Below, piece by piece: positions 25,401-38,449 of a stretch of 64,000 bases of DNA; position 1 is the first letter of the stretch, and each line of letters begins with the position of its first letter. Below the pieces are notes generated by a model that was not told where the DNA came from, did no database searches, and saw only the letters and a list, made by a program, of their open reading frames with translations. Origin of the DNA: Raillietiella orientalis (Eukaryota); contig JAYWIR010000001.1 of the NCBI GenBank assembly GCA_036172245.1, forward strand, positions 7,006,001 to 7,070,000, read 5' to 3'. Position numbers and translations under genes: made by a program.

Positions 25401-28400
25401 AGACTTCGAAGATAAAACATGTAGATTTCACCGAGATCTCCGCGGATGCAAAAGCGAATTCACATCCTGCAACCATACTTTACAACAGAGATCAAACAGA
25501 TGCCTGGGCAGTGACACCCCAAAGACGATGCCCGCGCTTCGTTAAATACTTTTTCTTAGGAAATGGAAAGTGTCCGATTCACGTTACCGGCCGATAGCAT
25601 TTAAATTCCATGCTTACCTGCATTCAAGATTCTGGTCTTGAAGTAATTTCGAAGCCATAATCAAAATTTTATCAGTTACATCCTTCTTCCCGCTAAGAGC
25701 TTTGTCGCTGCCAAGCAAACGCACTATCTGTAACAATAATCTGGAAGATGTACATCTCACCAGAGTATTTCGATGAGGCATTCCTTCCGAAGAAAGCAGT
25801 GCGATTAATTTACATGGCGAGACATGCTGAACGATATTATTCAACGAGGAATTTGCATCGTCCCTAATGAATTTGTTACTATCTCCAGTTTTAAATAGCA
25901 GCATTTTTCCTAATATTTCAGCTTCCTAGAAATTCCAAAGCTGACGTTACTAATGCAAACGAAAGGAAACGCTACTCACTGTTTCTATTTTCTTTTGTAA
26001 ATTTGCAAACAGTTCTCCTATAAAGACGATTGCGGAACGGGATACTTGGGAACGGAGGTTTCCCGCTTCTCTGGTTAGCATCAGCGAAATTTTGCGAGCA
26101 TGAAGGACAAATTCCTCGGCATTCGTCTTGCTCAAACTGGACAGCGTATGGATGCCGGCTATTTTTCCTTTCCTACATCATAAAGTCAGGCAACTTGCGA
26201 ACCGGCCAGTCTCTCGGGATGCAGTGATAAAAATGGCATCGGGAAAACACGGAAAATTCGAGACGGTATCAGGGAGGCGGCTGGAGGCGCTGGACCCATC
26301 TCCCACTTTTCGCCGGTGTGTTTCGAACAAGACGCACTACTTGCAAGATGTAGCAATTCTTGGAAAGAGCAAATTCAATAAAATAAATACGGGGCGGGAC
26401 GGAATTCGGGGCGATCGCCATGCACTACAAGACGCGTCAAAGTGAATTTTCCACAAGTCCACACACTCCGATAATCAAAATGCTAATGAAATTCAGTCGT
26501 GGCGGAGAGAATGCAAAAACTGCAAATTGAACCAAATTGCTTGTCGGAAAGCGAATTGATTGCAGCAATCCTCTAGCCACGCTTTGCACTCTTCTCACGC
26601 GTAAGAGCGAGATCCGTCTGATTAGCGATTCCGACTAAATTGCTCGAGAAATATCTCGATGGCAGTCCTGTGCAAAGTCCACCATAGGAACGAAAAGAAA
26701 AAGCAATACATCAAGCACGGCTCCATTTTTCGAAGGATGCAAAAAGGTCGTACGTTGGAATCGATATGGCAAACTGTAGGTGGTAACTGAAGATGAATTC
26801 AAACGTTTGTACTGATTACGATTACTATGGTTTTCTTTATTACTCTTTCATTTTTCGATATGTCTTTTTCTTTTTTCCAACGTTCGAAGGCAGTGCCCTA
26901 CTGCCGTTAAAAGTTCACCCTTGAAAAAGTTCACGGAAAAGTCAGATACAGTGAAGGATGGCATTGTGATGGGCTTGTGATGCGATTCCATCAGATTTAT
27001 TGAATCAAAGAGAATGCAAGACCGAACCATCCACCAAAGCTCCGTATATCAAGATGGGTTTGATTTTGTTAACCAATGCTTGAAATTGCAAAGGGTTCTG
27101 GGCACTCGGATTGCAGTGAGCCCTCTAAGATCAGTGCCAAAATAAAATCAAAGGAAAAATAGTTCTAAATTCATGTGATGAAGAGACAGAATGATGTCCC
27201 CGAAGCATAGATTCCTATCAACTCTTGAATAAGGGCTAGATTTCTGCATTCATTTTGGCATTGCTTGAATAGGTGGGCCAGAAGCCACCTATCTAATTGA
27301 AACGATAGGAAACTTCATCAGTTCAGAGTTCCCCCCCCCCCCTGGTACAGTAACTTGGTGCTTTCTTTCTTAGCCACAAGTGCTGCTTCGGCCATCTCCA
27401 CCGCTGCTTATCGCTGTTCACAGTTGCAATTAGTAGGCATTCACCACACACTCAGTTGCTTAGGGTTAGCATCAGAAACTTTGGTTTGGTACAATACAAT
27501 ATTGTAGTGTTTATTTTATGGAAAAAGGTTGTGGCGCCATGATGTTACCAATTTGCATTTACTAGATGGAAAGTAAAAGCACACTGCCCATTTCGAAACG
27601 TTAGATGTTCCGCATTGAGTGCCCTCGTGCCAGAGTGTGAAAGCCCAGTCATATTCTTCCTAATGTACGCTTAAGCAGATGATACGAATAGATAAGTATT
27701 CGCCAAATTATACGTGTCCACCAGCAGACTATTTTTTTCACTACGTTGGTCATGATCACAACGATAGAGGCATGCGTGCTTTGCCATGCTTCGTTCTCTC
27801 AAGTGGCAATCCGAGGAATACACATCAACACCAATGTAATAACATGAAAATAATATCATACCATTCCTATGATTTCTGACAAGGTAATATACATATACAT
27901 ACATATAGTATTTTCGAAATCACATGATAAAATAGGTGTTCGTATTTCCAGTACAACGCATTGCTTCACACATTACTTCAGAATAACTTTGCATTGATAA
28001 GTCTATTGCATACAACCCACAAGAATTCACGTGAGATTAATTAGAATTATGCCATGTGCTGCCAAATCGTGAATTACTGTATTGCCATTCAGAGAATTTT
28101 CTTTTCCTTTTACGTGCTAAACGTTAACTTGGAATTTTCTAAATTTCAATCAGTCCAATCAAGCGTTGTCTAGAAAATACATCGGATTGCATTTCAGATT
28201 CCAACTCACTTGCAAAATATCCATCCGAAAGAGATTCGGATTCTCAGCGTTTCGTGAGGAAAATTCGTTTCCATGGAAACGAAGCGCGATTTTCTCATAG
28301 TTTTTTGTTGTTGTTGATTTGTGTCATTTTGGATTCGCGTTTAGGGAAAGGAAGCAATAAATTTCGCTTGAAATAAGAATTCGTAGCTTTTCAAACGTAG

Positions 28401-31400
28401 CTGATGGAATGAGAATGTCGTAGAGAAGACGATCCCGTTCCATCAACCGCCAGAAATACCTCATTAAAATGCAGATCATAAACACTGATGAGCATTCTTC
28501 CTTGGTTCGAAAGAATGCATTCTATGCTACTGCTGCTGCTGCTTGAAATCTCTCCCCCAGCATTACTCAAGGTTTTGGAATCTTAGAAAGTCTAGGATTC
28601 CATCCCTCACCATAAGTAGAAATCAAGTCGTAGCATTGCACCCACAACCAAAAGGAAAACTTGTTTCCTTCTTCTAGAATTTCTCAAACAGTAAGGATTC
28701 TTCGAACTCTGCACACCTTACGCTTTAAGTAACCGAAACAACTGCTGAAAACGGATCTTCCCTATAAGTTTTATAATAATGGAATAATCAAACGATTATG
28801 TTATTATCTTAAGAGCTGATACCAATCTTCTCCAGAGATCTGCCGCAATGTTTTAAGCAAACCGTCTTTCATGTATTCTGAATGGAAGCTGGGATCCATT
28901 GCACATCTGAGCTCCTGGGCTGCTTCTCCATGTGATCCATCGCTGAAACGTTGGGGAAAAAATACAGAATGAGATTTCTCTCAAATCGCAAGTCATCTCA
29001 TGTTTTCTTACACATTTTTTGTCGATTAAATGTTTTAAATAGCACACCGGCAATTCAGGACAGATCGGATGGAAAATTGGCTTCAAGTTTAAACAAACGC
29101 AGTTTTAAACAAGTCGGATCTTTGGTTCATGGCATCACTTGCACTTTTTTGTCATTGACCCACAACTTGATCGAAAAAGTTTAGCTTGCCTCAGGTGCTT
29201 TGGGTCGTTAGGCCTCTGGGTAACTTGAGCGACTATTTCTGAGCGACTATTTCCTCGGTTATTCAAATGGATCGCACCCTTACTGGAGATGTCACTGCCC
29301 ATAATTTCGTGTTGGCCGCAAAACCAACCACTCACTACAAGTCCTACCTTCCTTCCTCAAATGTGCTTGTTTTCAAACCGCCAAGAAATTCTGACCAACG
29401 GCCTTTTCTGTTCCGAATTCTTGTGACCGCTGTTTACTCTCCATTCCGTCTACAGAAGAAAATGGTGCTCATCTGAGTCCCATCCAATCGACCTCCAAGG
29501 CTGACAGACGCTGCTGCAGACTATCTTGAGAATTTGCTGTCTTCATTAAATGATTTCGTTTCCCTGCCATCTTTTACTCTTGAAGCTTAAATCCAAGTTG
29601 AGAGATTTTTGAGTATACCTTCTTACAGCCACCAAATGCATAGCTTTTTTCCCTCCAGACGAAATCATAGCCTCTTAAAGTTTTCCTGTCTCACAGTTTT
29701 ATTTTTTGTAGATTTTGAATGATTTTGCAAATAATCCCATTTCTCCTTTATAACTTTTTTCCTTGGAAATTATTTCCTACAAATAACCATCGACTGAGTG
29801 TTTTTGTTCTGGTTACTATCCTGCGTTCTCCTTTTTCAGAGTTACTAAAGTGTTCTCGAATGGCCCGAGGACTTTTTCTCAAAAGATAACTCATCTCGAA
29901 TTTTCAACAGCTGGTAAGTATTTAGAAGGTATAGGTTTCGGCTTTGGCTCTCACTTCAAGGTGGATTATTTCTTCATTTATTCCCATCTTTGCCTCAGGC
30001 GTTCCATATGTTCCTGCACTTTTACCTTGAAACATGGTCGGTATGGACTGTACAGTACGAAAATGACGCGAAAATAAACAAAGGTCAGTCGGTTTCCGAA
30101 GCTGATTGCACGTTTGAATGAATGTCTTCAACATTTTGCTATAATGAGTGGGTGACCCTTGTGGCAAACGAATTCGCTTGGAACATCTGGATGGATAGGC
30201 TTGTGATAGCATTTTTCTCTCTCAACCTTTTCCTACTGCTTTCTCTCCTTGAATTTTGGAATCAGAAAAATCTAAAATCGCAGTCGGCATCGGAAAATTA
30301 TAGCTCAGAAATCCGATACGCCGTTAAAATTTCGTGTTTGCACTGAAACATCGTTTCTGTTATGTTTGAGGTTCATATCCCAAACCAGTGGTAGGATTTG
30401 GGATTTTAGCCGCGAGTACGAAACTTCAAGTACGAAGTACAGTGCGACACAAAACCGTATCAAAAGTCTCCTCCCCATTTGCTTTTCTTTTAGCACAATT
30501 TTTTCTATCGCACTATTGCTATTAGTCGTATCCAGAATTTACTTTTGATTATTCTACTTTTGTATTTTTTCTTGATCCATGGTAAAAGCATTCTCTTGTA
30601 AAATGAGCAGTGCTTCGGATACGATATTATAAGTTATATCGTAACTAATAGATTCTGATAACATTTAATAAATTTATTTAGATCTTTCTACCTTTAAGGA
30701 AGGAGCAATTTTTTTTTGTTGTTGTTGTTATCTCATAATTTCGAAATGAAAATGAATGGAACATCTACATACCTAAGGTCACCGCAGGCAGAAATCTCAT
30801 CCTTTTTCTGTGGAATTTTGTGGAAGGAATCCAAAATCTGAGCTGGTTCGCAATCTTTCAGATGGTAATGATCTGATATAAACCCTCTGAAACGTTCTTC
30901 GTCGATCTCTTCTCGATGTTCTTCTTCTTTAGAGACGTGATGCTCTATTTTCGACATGCATGTGGTTTTCGTGTTCGTGAATGGAGATTCATTTATAATA
31001 ATTTCATTCCATTTTTGCTGCTCTTGAAGATCTTTCTGTATTCGAAACAACGGGTCATTCATTCCCTGGGAACATGTTAAATTGGAAAACTTGCTCCAAG
31101 CTATTGAAACAGTTTTTTATTGAATATACTACATAATTATACAGATCATTTTGAAATCTTGTAACATTCGTACAAGTCCACGTGGAAAGAAAACAGAATT
31201 ATCCCCTTTGCATAATGAAACGTACAGTGCACGCTCGATATAGTCACCTCTGATAAAAGAAACTCTTGGCAACTCTTGGCAAACTTGAAACAGTCAACGT
31301 TTCAAGTTTTCGGTCATTCGATAGAAGAAACTTTTTTCGCATTACACTAAAAGATGTGTCTTTAAATGGCAGTAGAGTCGTGGGATGAAATTCCAAAGAG

Positions 31401-34257
31401 CGTTATTGAAAATGCTTTTAAGCATTTGTGTTCATCAGCTGAAGAGGAAATTGAGTTGAATTTACCAATCGGCTATTTTACTGATGAAAATGATATATCC
31501 ATAATTTGCAACACGATTCAATTCCGTAACGAGAGAGAAAATGCAGCAAGTGACTCTGAGATTATGGAATGGGCGGCAGGAGAAAATGAATGAATGAAAT
31601 CATGATCTGGATACCATTATGAACGCTCCTATAGAGCACGTAGAAGAAAATTTAGATGAAAGCAACCATGTTCAAATATTCGATATTGACAAAGTTATCG
31701 ACTCATTCAATTTAGCTATTGAGTGGTCAGAAAGTGTCTGCCCTCCTGTTCATGATCTCCTCCTGAGAAGAATACGGGAAAAAAGCAATCGTGAAGAAGT
31801 TGGTGAATGAAATTCTATTTCGTATCATCATCATCTACCATACAGTATCATTATCTTTTTACTTTTGTAATGTTACTAAACATGTTTTGACTGATTGTAA
31901 AAATTCATGTTACTGTTCTGCAATCTGGTTCCTTTTATTTAATTATCCAAAATTATCATTTTTTTTTTTATTTCGACTGCCCGTCTCGATACAATCAACA
32001 CATTCTATAAAGGCAATAACATTTTTAACATTTTGATTCCTGGAAAGGTGACCATATCGAATGTGCGTAAAATCTAGATAAATAAATAGTTGTAAGCTAA
32101 CATGTAACCACATAGTGATTTGCAGCTATCTTTGTTTTGATTGTTCATACATTGTCTTGATTAATGAATTCTCACAACCAACGGATGCTGCTGTAAATCA
32201 CATTTCACGCTTTCGGCAATAAACACACACTTACTTTATTATCGGAAACAAATCAAGTTCGTGAATAACACAGAGCTCAAGTTTCAATTTAAAGGTATCC
32301 AAGAATGAGATCTGCCACAAATAGGTGTTGGTCTCATTAAACCACCTTGTGCATGCTATCAAAGGCAAGGGCCACTCAGTAATTTTTGTGCCGCATGTTT
32401 TTATTCGGCCAAACCTATGCGCAAGGGCTGAAAGATGGTGTAACATATCTGTGGCATTCCATATTGCTTGTTTCCCCTTTGCCAAAATTGCTTTAGGTCC
32501 CCTGGAGTCGATTTTCACCTAGTGACCTCGTCGCCATTTCTACACTCGCACGAAAATGACCTTTCCCGTTGGACCAAAGAGATCGAAGAATACACCAAAT
32601 CTGGCTCTGGTTGCAAGTTTTATCGTGTGCTGTAGTCAAGGAAACTGTGTACAGTTCTGTGTCATCGTTCACGAAAGGGGCATGACAAAGACTATTGGTG
32701 CATGTAGAGAATACGGCCAGAGGAAAAGATCAAATACTTTCCTACACGTTACAGCTTCTTGTTCCCAGTTGGAAGGGAACCGTAGAAAAACATGAAAACC
32801 ATGTAGACAAAAGTGCTTATAAATAAGATCTGTGACCATTTGTATACCATATTTCGTCTCTGCGAGAAGATTTCTGTCCTAGAAAACATGCACACACAAA
32901 ATAGAACTTGTGAAATGACCCTGGCAACAAGACTTTGATCATTTTGATTTACTTCATGCTTCCTTCATTCCGAAGTTACAAAACTTTCCATTCATAATAG
33001 ATCACGGATCCTAATTTCAATTTAAACTTGGTCTTGATTCTGAAAGTATTCATGAATCCAATCTAGAAACATTTCAAAAGATAGACGTTTCGAAAAACAG
33101 CAACTGCGAATGCTGAAAAGTATTTGTAGTTACTGAATAGTACTGTTAATTAGCTGACAGTATTATGGAACGCAAAACTTTGTGCAGAACTAAGCCTTCA
33201 GTTTCAAAATACGAATGGTGAATTACATCACGTTGCTTAAGAAAAATCTCCCTTGAGCATTTCCTTTCTAATACTAGATGAGGACAATGTTTTCTAATTC
33301 TTTAAATAAATGGTATAAGAATAATTACAGAGAAAAATAATCAAAATAGGAACGTATCGTTTCTGGGAAATTCATTATCTACAAAATTCGCATCAAATAA
33401 ATTACTTCTGAGTAATCAATATAAACCTAAAACAGAATTTCTGGGAATACTCTTAAAACGTGAGTTTGATGAAGTATGTTCCTCAAGTTAAGCCTGCTTC
33501 TAGAACTGCAAAATTCAAGTTAGGTGCCCTATTTCCCAGCTGCAACTTAGTATTTTGTGTATCCTGTACATTTAAGCATACAAGAGAAATGCGTGTTTCT
33601 GGAATTCATTGAGAATAATTGGCAATTTCGAAACTTATCCTTCAAAATCGCTTTACATTTAGACAAGACAAAATAGCTTGAAAACTGTTTTCAGATTTAT
33701 TCGGAATTAATGAACCTTTATTGTGATAACTATCTGTAAACAAATATTTGATTCCATGTTAAAGTTTATTTTTACTCACGTATCCATCTGTTTCCATTGT
33801 ATATTGATTTAATGTAATTTCTACATTGGGAGTGCACTTCGAACTGTTATTATCAGGTTGAATCTTTGCTAAACTTGACTTATGGATTTCATTAGCTTGA
33901 GTGAGAGAAGATTCTACCACGGCTGTTTCTAGAATTTCAAATTTCTGCTATTATTCAGAAATTTTGAATTATTTGCAACACTGAGTAATTAAAAATACCT
34001 ATTGTTTCTTGATAATGTGTAGGAGAGGAGGATTTCAGTAAAGTTTTCCTACAGTGATGGAACTCGGAATCAATTACTTGATAGAAATCAGACTTATCAT
34101 GAATAGAATTCTTTTTAGAATTTTCCCTCTGCTTTTTCTGATGATCTATCAATTCAAATGCTGCTGTCTTTGCCTCACGCATACGTTCCAGCAATGAACT
34201 TTTTTTGCAAGCGCAATTTTTTAACGGTACTATCTTTTCTTCTCTAATAATATCCAT
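22442..34257 (-). CDS. TOGARAM1: TOG array regulator of axonemal microtubules / crescerin (CHE-12/FAM179-like), multi-exon, ~508 aa model
   Basis: Phase-consistent GT-AG model: 34257-33999, 33928-33780, 31065-30773, 28942-28823, 26172-25980, 25925-25618, 22764-22638, tentative last exon 22519-22442. The four TOG exons encode ISGEDW-KGKIAG...NLRSQVSRSAI...LLFKTGDSNKFIRDD...HRNTLVR...LLQDQNLECRNNAK...HPRFD, matching the crescerin TOG3 domain. The first three exons and the last exon rest on open frames and splice signals only. Confidence 0.8.
24300..25000 (+). mobile_element. LINE reverse transcriptase remnant in a TOGARAM intron
   Basis: SQMGFRIRRDFPD (~Q.GFR.GR...D, ~24460) followed by KVAFYAED (~YADD, ~24710). 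Confidence 0.45.
31225..32067 (+). mobile_element. Tigger/pogo-family DNA transposon remnant
   Basis: TA|cagtgcacgctcgatatagtcacct left TIR and degenerate right TIR aggtgaccatatcgaatgtgcg|TA. Interior encodes ITLKDV..MAVESWDEIPKSVIENAFK and an acidic tail typical of the DDE_1 C-terminus. Confidence 0.8.
32250..32800 (-). mobile_element. Possible Crypton-type tyrosine recombinase remnant
   Basis: KITEWPLPLIACTRWFN resembles KITNHSLRATxxTRLF, preceded by RFGVFFDLFGPTG (~VFFD...FG.RG). Catalytic H/R absent; stops present. Confidence 0.4.
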
Positions 34258-36049
34258 TTTGCAAAGGAAGCAAACTAAATATTAGAAAACAACTAATAAC
34301 ATATCTTATTTTAGTTATATAAATAAAATTAGTATAATGAACACATTATCTTTCACTTTAAAGTGTATTCTCCAAAAACTGTTGGAATCTCAGTTTGCAA
34401 CTTATATTTGCGAGAAATTAGGGAGCAAAATTGCATTAAATAAATTTTTATTCCTTTGGGTTTCAGATTGACAAGCAATTACATTAAATAATTATAATGA
34501 TGATTTTCAATAAATTTCAAACAGCACAAATTGATCATTTTGCTTTGCTTTACTACCGACGGGCATAAATATGGGTTCTCCAGATGCGACTGCAAATACC
34601 CAAATATAAGATGCAAACCTATGGTTACTTCTAAGCACTTCAAATATCTGATCGATACTCACAATGCAGGAGTCAGATGAACTTGACTTTTGAATTAAAA
34701 CTAACTAATATTTTAAATACCATCTTAAATTGAATCTTATTTTTTCGAATAAACACAGTAAGAGTTGTTGATGCGGTAGATGTAATCAAAGTGTTACTTT
34801 GGAAACAGAGTAAATTTGAATACCAACATCAGTGCTCAGTATTCAGTATTTTAATAAGTTTAATATCTCTTGCAAAGTAACTGATAAAGGCACCCAAACT
34901 ATAATTATGGACTCAGATCAGGAAAGAAATATCAAACAGTGAACCTCGCATATGGAAAAAACTTTGAATGAGAATCTTAACTTCCACTTGAAAATTACTT
35001 CCAAGCGGATCCTCCTACTTCATAATGATCAAAATTGGAATTTATTCCCGATCAACAGGCATTTTCTAGAAACAAATTATTATTGTCAACTTTTCATACG
35101 AATGGATAACATTTTTCAATGCTATCCACCAGTATTCTTGAATTATTGTTAAAAATAAATTCATTTCAACGTTTTCTTTTACCCAAGTTTTTACCACATT
35201 TTTATCGATTCTTTATAATGGATTGGTCATGGGTCAGGAGCATTATCTCCTGAGAGAATGAACAAATAACATATACGATAAAGTACTCTATTTCATCATT
35301 ATAATATACATACGCCTCTAAGTGCACTGTCCACATGTACACAACAGAATTTCTGAGGTGCGTTATGCATCTTGCCTTATGATAATAAAAATCTGGCTGT
35401 ACGATCATATAAATTGCTTTAATTGCAACTACATGCATCAAACGGCACCACATATTAAATATGTCAATATATTTATGAGTTATATGCTGTCATAAGCTTA
35501 ATATAATGGAAAAATAATCCGAAGTATTTTGTAGAATAGTCAACTTCATACAGTCATCTATTTAAGACTCTCAAGTGATTGAATAGGGTATATTTTCTGC
35601 TTGTATGTGAAATTGAGTTTATGAGTAAAAGAATAAACCATTTTATGAACACAGAATCGATGTGAAATATAAATCAAACTAATCAATATTGTTTCTTATT
35701 ATTAGGAAACATTATACTGTATGAAACATTTCATTTTTATTTTATTATTTCAGTTTTCACGATTAACATGGACTCTCGTTAGCCACAAAAACATAATTTA
35801 GGCATCTTAATGCACTATTCTGCTTTATCCTTAACCTCGATAAGAAATTAGTTTAGACGTAAATCATGTTCATTTGTGTCGCCGATTGGTATCTATTGAA
35901 CATGGGTCAGTTGGGTAAATATTTGCATCTATGCTGACTGAATATAATTCTAACTTACAAGTCAAGAACTATGCTAGACACAAGTATATTAAGTAAAGGA
36001 TAAACACAAAACAATTATTTAAGAATAAATTATTGAATTTTATATGAAA

Positions 36050-37560
36050 AGTATTGGACATGCTTATACAAGGATTTTCGAAGTCTTGTTGCTTTGGAAC
36101 AAGCTTAGTTACTTTGCCTCAAATGGGTCTCGTCATATTAACAGTCTAGGAACTGGAACGTGATATTTTTCTTAGATCAGGACTGTAATCAGGATATGGT
36201 TGCTAGATATTGATCTGGTCATAAAATTCCTCAAAAATGTCATAGAGCAGCTATGCGAAAACAAGAACAGCAACTCTGGTTCCGGTGAATCGCAGTAAAA
36301 TTCAGAAACGCAAAAATAAATGGCGCACACCTGGGGTGAAAAACACCAACGTTCGCCTCATCACTTCGCTGCTAGGATAAGTGTTCGAAACCGGAGCTGC
36401 AGTTGCAATGCCCGAAATGTCTGGATTCTGAGTACGGCATTCTCAGTTTGGTGGGCATTTCAGTGTGTCCTCTGATCTTCCAGAGCTCCTCAAAGCATTC
36501 CCTAGTTCAGCGTTCCCCAAACTGTGTTCCGCGGAACACCATTGTTCCGCGGAAAGTCGATACGTGTTCCGTGAAAAATTATGAAAATTAATATGTTTTC
36601 AATGCTATTAAGTTTATCTTACTATTTTCATGTGTGTTGTTTTAGATAATTAAAATTTGAGAATAAATGTTTGTTTTGTCTTCTTAACTCTGATATTTAC
36701 TTGCTTAATTTATTTATTATTAATATGTACCTACTCTATAAAATAACCAAGGTATTCCGTTAAAATTTCAGGATTTGTGAAGTGTTCCATCATGGGAAAA
36801 GCTTGGGGAACGCTGTCCTAGATCATCAGTCCTTCATTTTGCTCTGGAAGCAAGAGGACAAACAAAGTAGGAGTCAGAAGAGAGAAAACATACTCCATGT
36901 CTGCGATCAGTTCTTGAAACAGGTGTTTGTCGTCCAGGAGCAGAGTCAGACTCTTCTCTGTCTTTCGAATTCATCAGGACCATACTTTTGTCTTGTGGAA
37001 GCAGCCCGTGGCAATTCCAAGGTACTTAAACCTATGGGGACCTCCCCTCGTCGGCTTCAACCCAGCTATTCCCCCAACGAAGCTTGCACGGAAACGACCA
37101 TCGACTTCGCATTCAGGCTCACGACTCTCTGACTAGTACTGGTCTTCGACTCTATCGGGAACATAGGTATCAAGAGAAATAGGTTATCAACATAAGCTAT
37201 CAGAACTGGTGTGCAAGAGCACAAACTGGGCAGGTTTCAGTTTTCCTGTACTTTTAGTATTTACTTGAAGTAGATGCTAAACAGTGTGGGACTCAGGCAA
37301 TCCCTTTATCTGATCCTCTTTCGTGCTGTTCCGCTACACACGTGGCGACCGATGAAGAAATGTGTATTAGCACATAAGCAAAATGGGAACCAGGAGCTCC
37401 TTGTATAGTAGTTGCATATTTCACGGTCATGTCCTAATCATAGTTCACTCAGTAGGTGATTTTTACACATCGACTGAGACCACCTCAGAGCATCCCCTGC
37501 TTTCATGTACTAGGAACACTGATCAGAACTTGGATCCTGTTTAGATCCATCAAGATTTCT
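36050..37560 (-). mobile_element. Degenerate LINE reverse transcriptase
   Basis: Ordered RT motifs: RG.R*RDCLSPTLFSIY (~37265-37320), AYVDNLFLL (~37170-37197), SLNAKS, FKYLGI (~37013-37030). Boundaries approximate. Confidence 0.8.
36508..36815. mobile_element. hAT (Charlie-like) MITE, 308 bp
   Basis: TIRs cagcgttccccaa / ttggggaacgctg; 8-bp flanks ccctagtt / tcctagat (6/8 match) centred on CTAG; AT-rich non-coding interior. Confidence 0.88.
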
Positions 37561-38449
37561 AAGAAGCAAAAGTGAAATAAACATATATGAGTGAAAAGTT
37601 GTAAATGAAAGCAATGGTCTTAATAAAATGAAACATAAATAGATCCAGGCATCGTTGTTTTGATATTAGGTTCTCAGTATACAAGCTTACTGTTCTAAGT
37701 TTGCTTAGTATTTCTTGGATTTGTTTAAAATGAGTGTGTCCATGGGGAATTTGTATTTTGTCTCGGTTACAGTTAGCAATAAGATTCGATAAATCTCGAA
37801 ATGCTCATCCCGTTATAAGAGTCATAAGTTAAACCAAAGCAAATATCAAATGTACTTAAAAATATCGGATTCCTATTAAATGAAACAGCTAAATATAGGG
37901 CAACGAACATCGACAGATGTTAACCAAAAAAAAAATCAGTTTGCAAACATGGGACACGGAATATCGGTTCGGTTTACACGAGCTAAAACTTCAAAATAAA
38001 TGGAAACTAAGGTAGCTGTACAGTCTCTGGATATTTGGGCAAAGATTGCCAGGAATAGTACATAGGAAAGAATAGTCAATGGCTTTGCTAAAGTTCCAAG
38101 TTCTTATGCGGAGTGTTCCGTAGCAACGTTTATCGAATTGCGCTTAGCGAATTTTCTAAAGCGGTTGGTAACAATCAGTTCGTATGGTTATCCCCCAAAA
38201 TCTGTTGATGTGATAATAAGAATGCGTTTACATAGATTTACTTTAGAGAATTCGGAAAACCATCTCAGATCGTATTTGAAGTGTACCCTGTTGAAAAACT
38301 AATCATAATTCATCTCTTTACTTTTGATTGCAAAGCATTAATGTCCTGTCGCAAATCTATTGGAATACACAAACTTACTTGGCTCTAAATCTAGATTTTG
38401 AAGAAAAAAAAAGTGTCGCATACGTTTCTTGGCAACATTGAGTGGTATT

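Noticed and set aside
28484-28522. CTGATGA followed by a stem (gcattctt/aagaatgc) as a hammerhead ribozyme
   Set aside because: The stem is followed by ATTC rather than GAAA.
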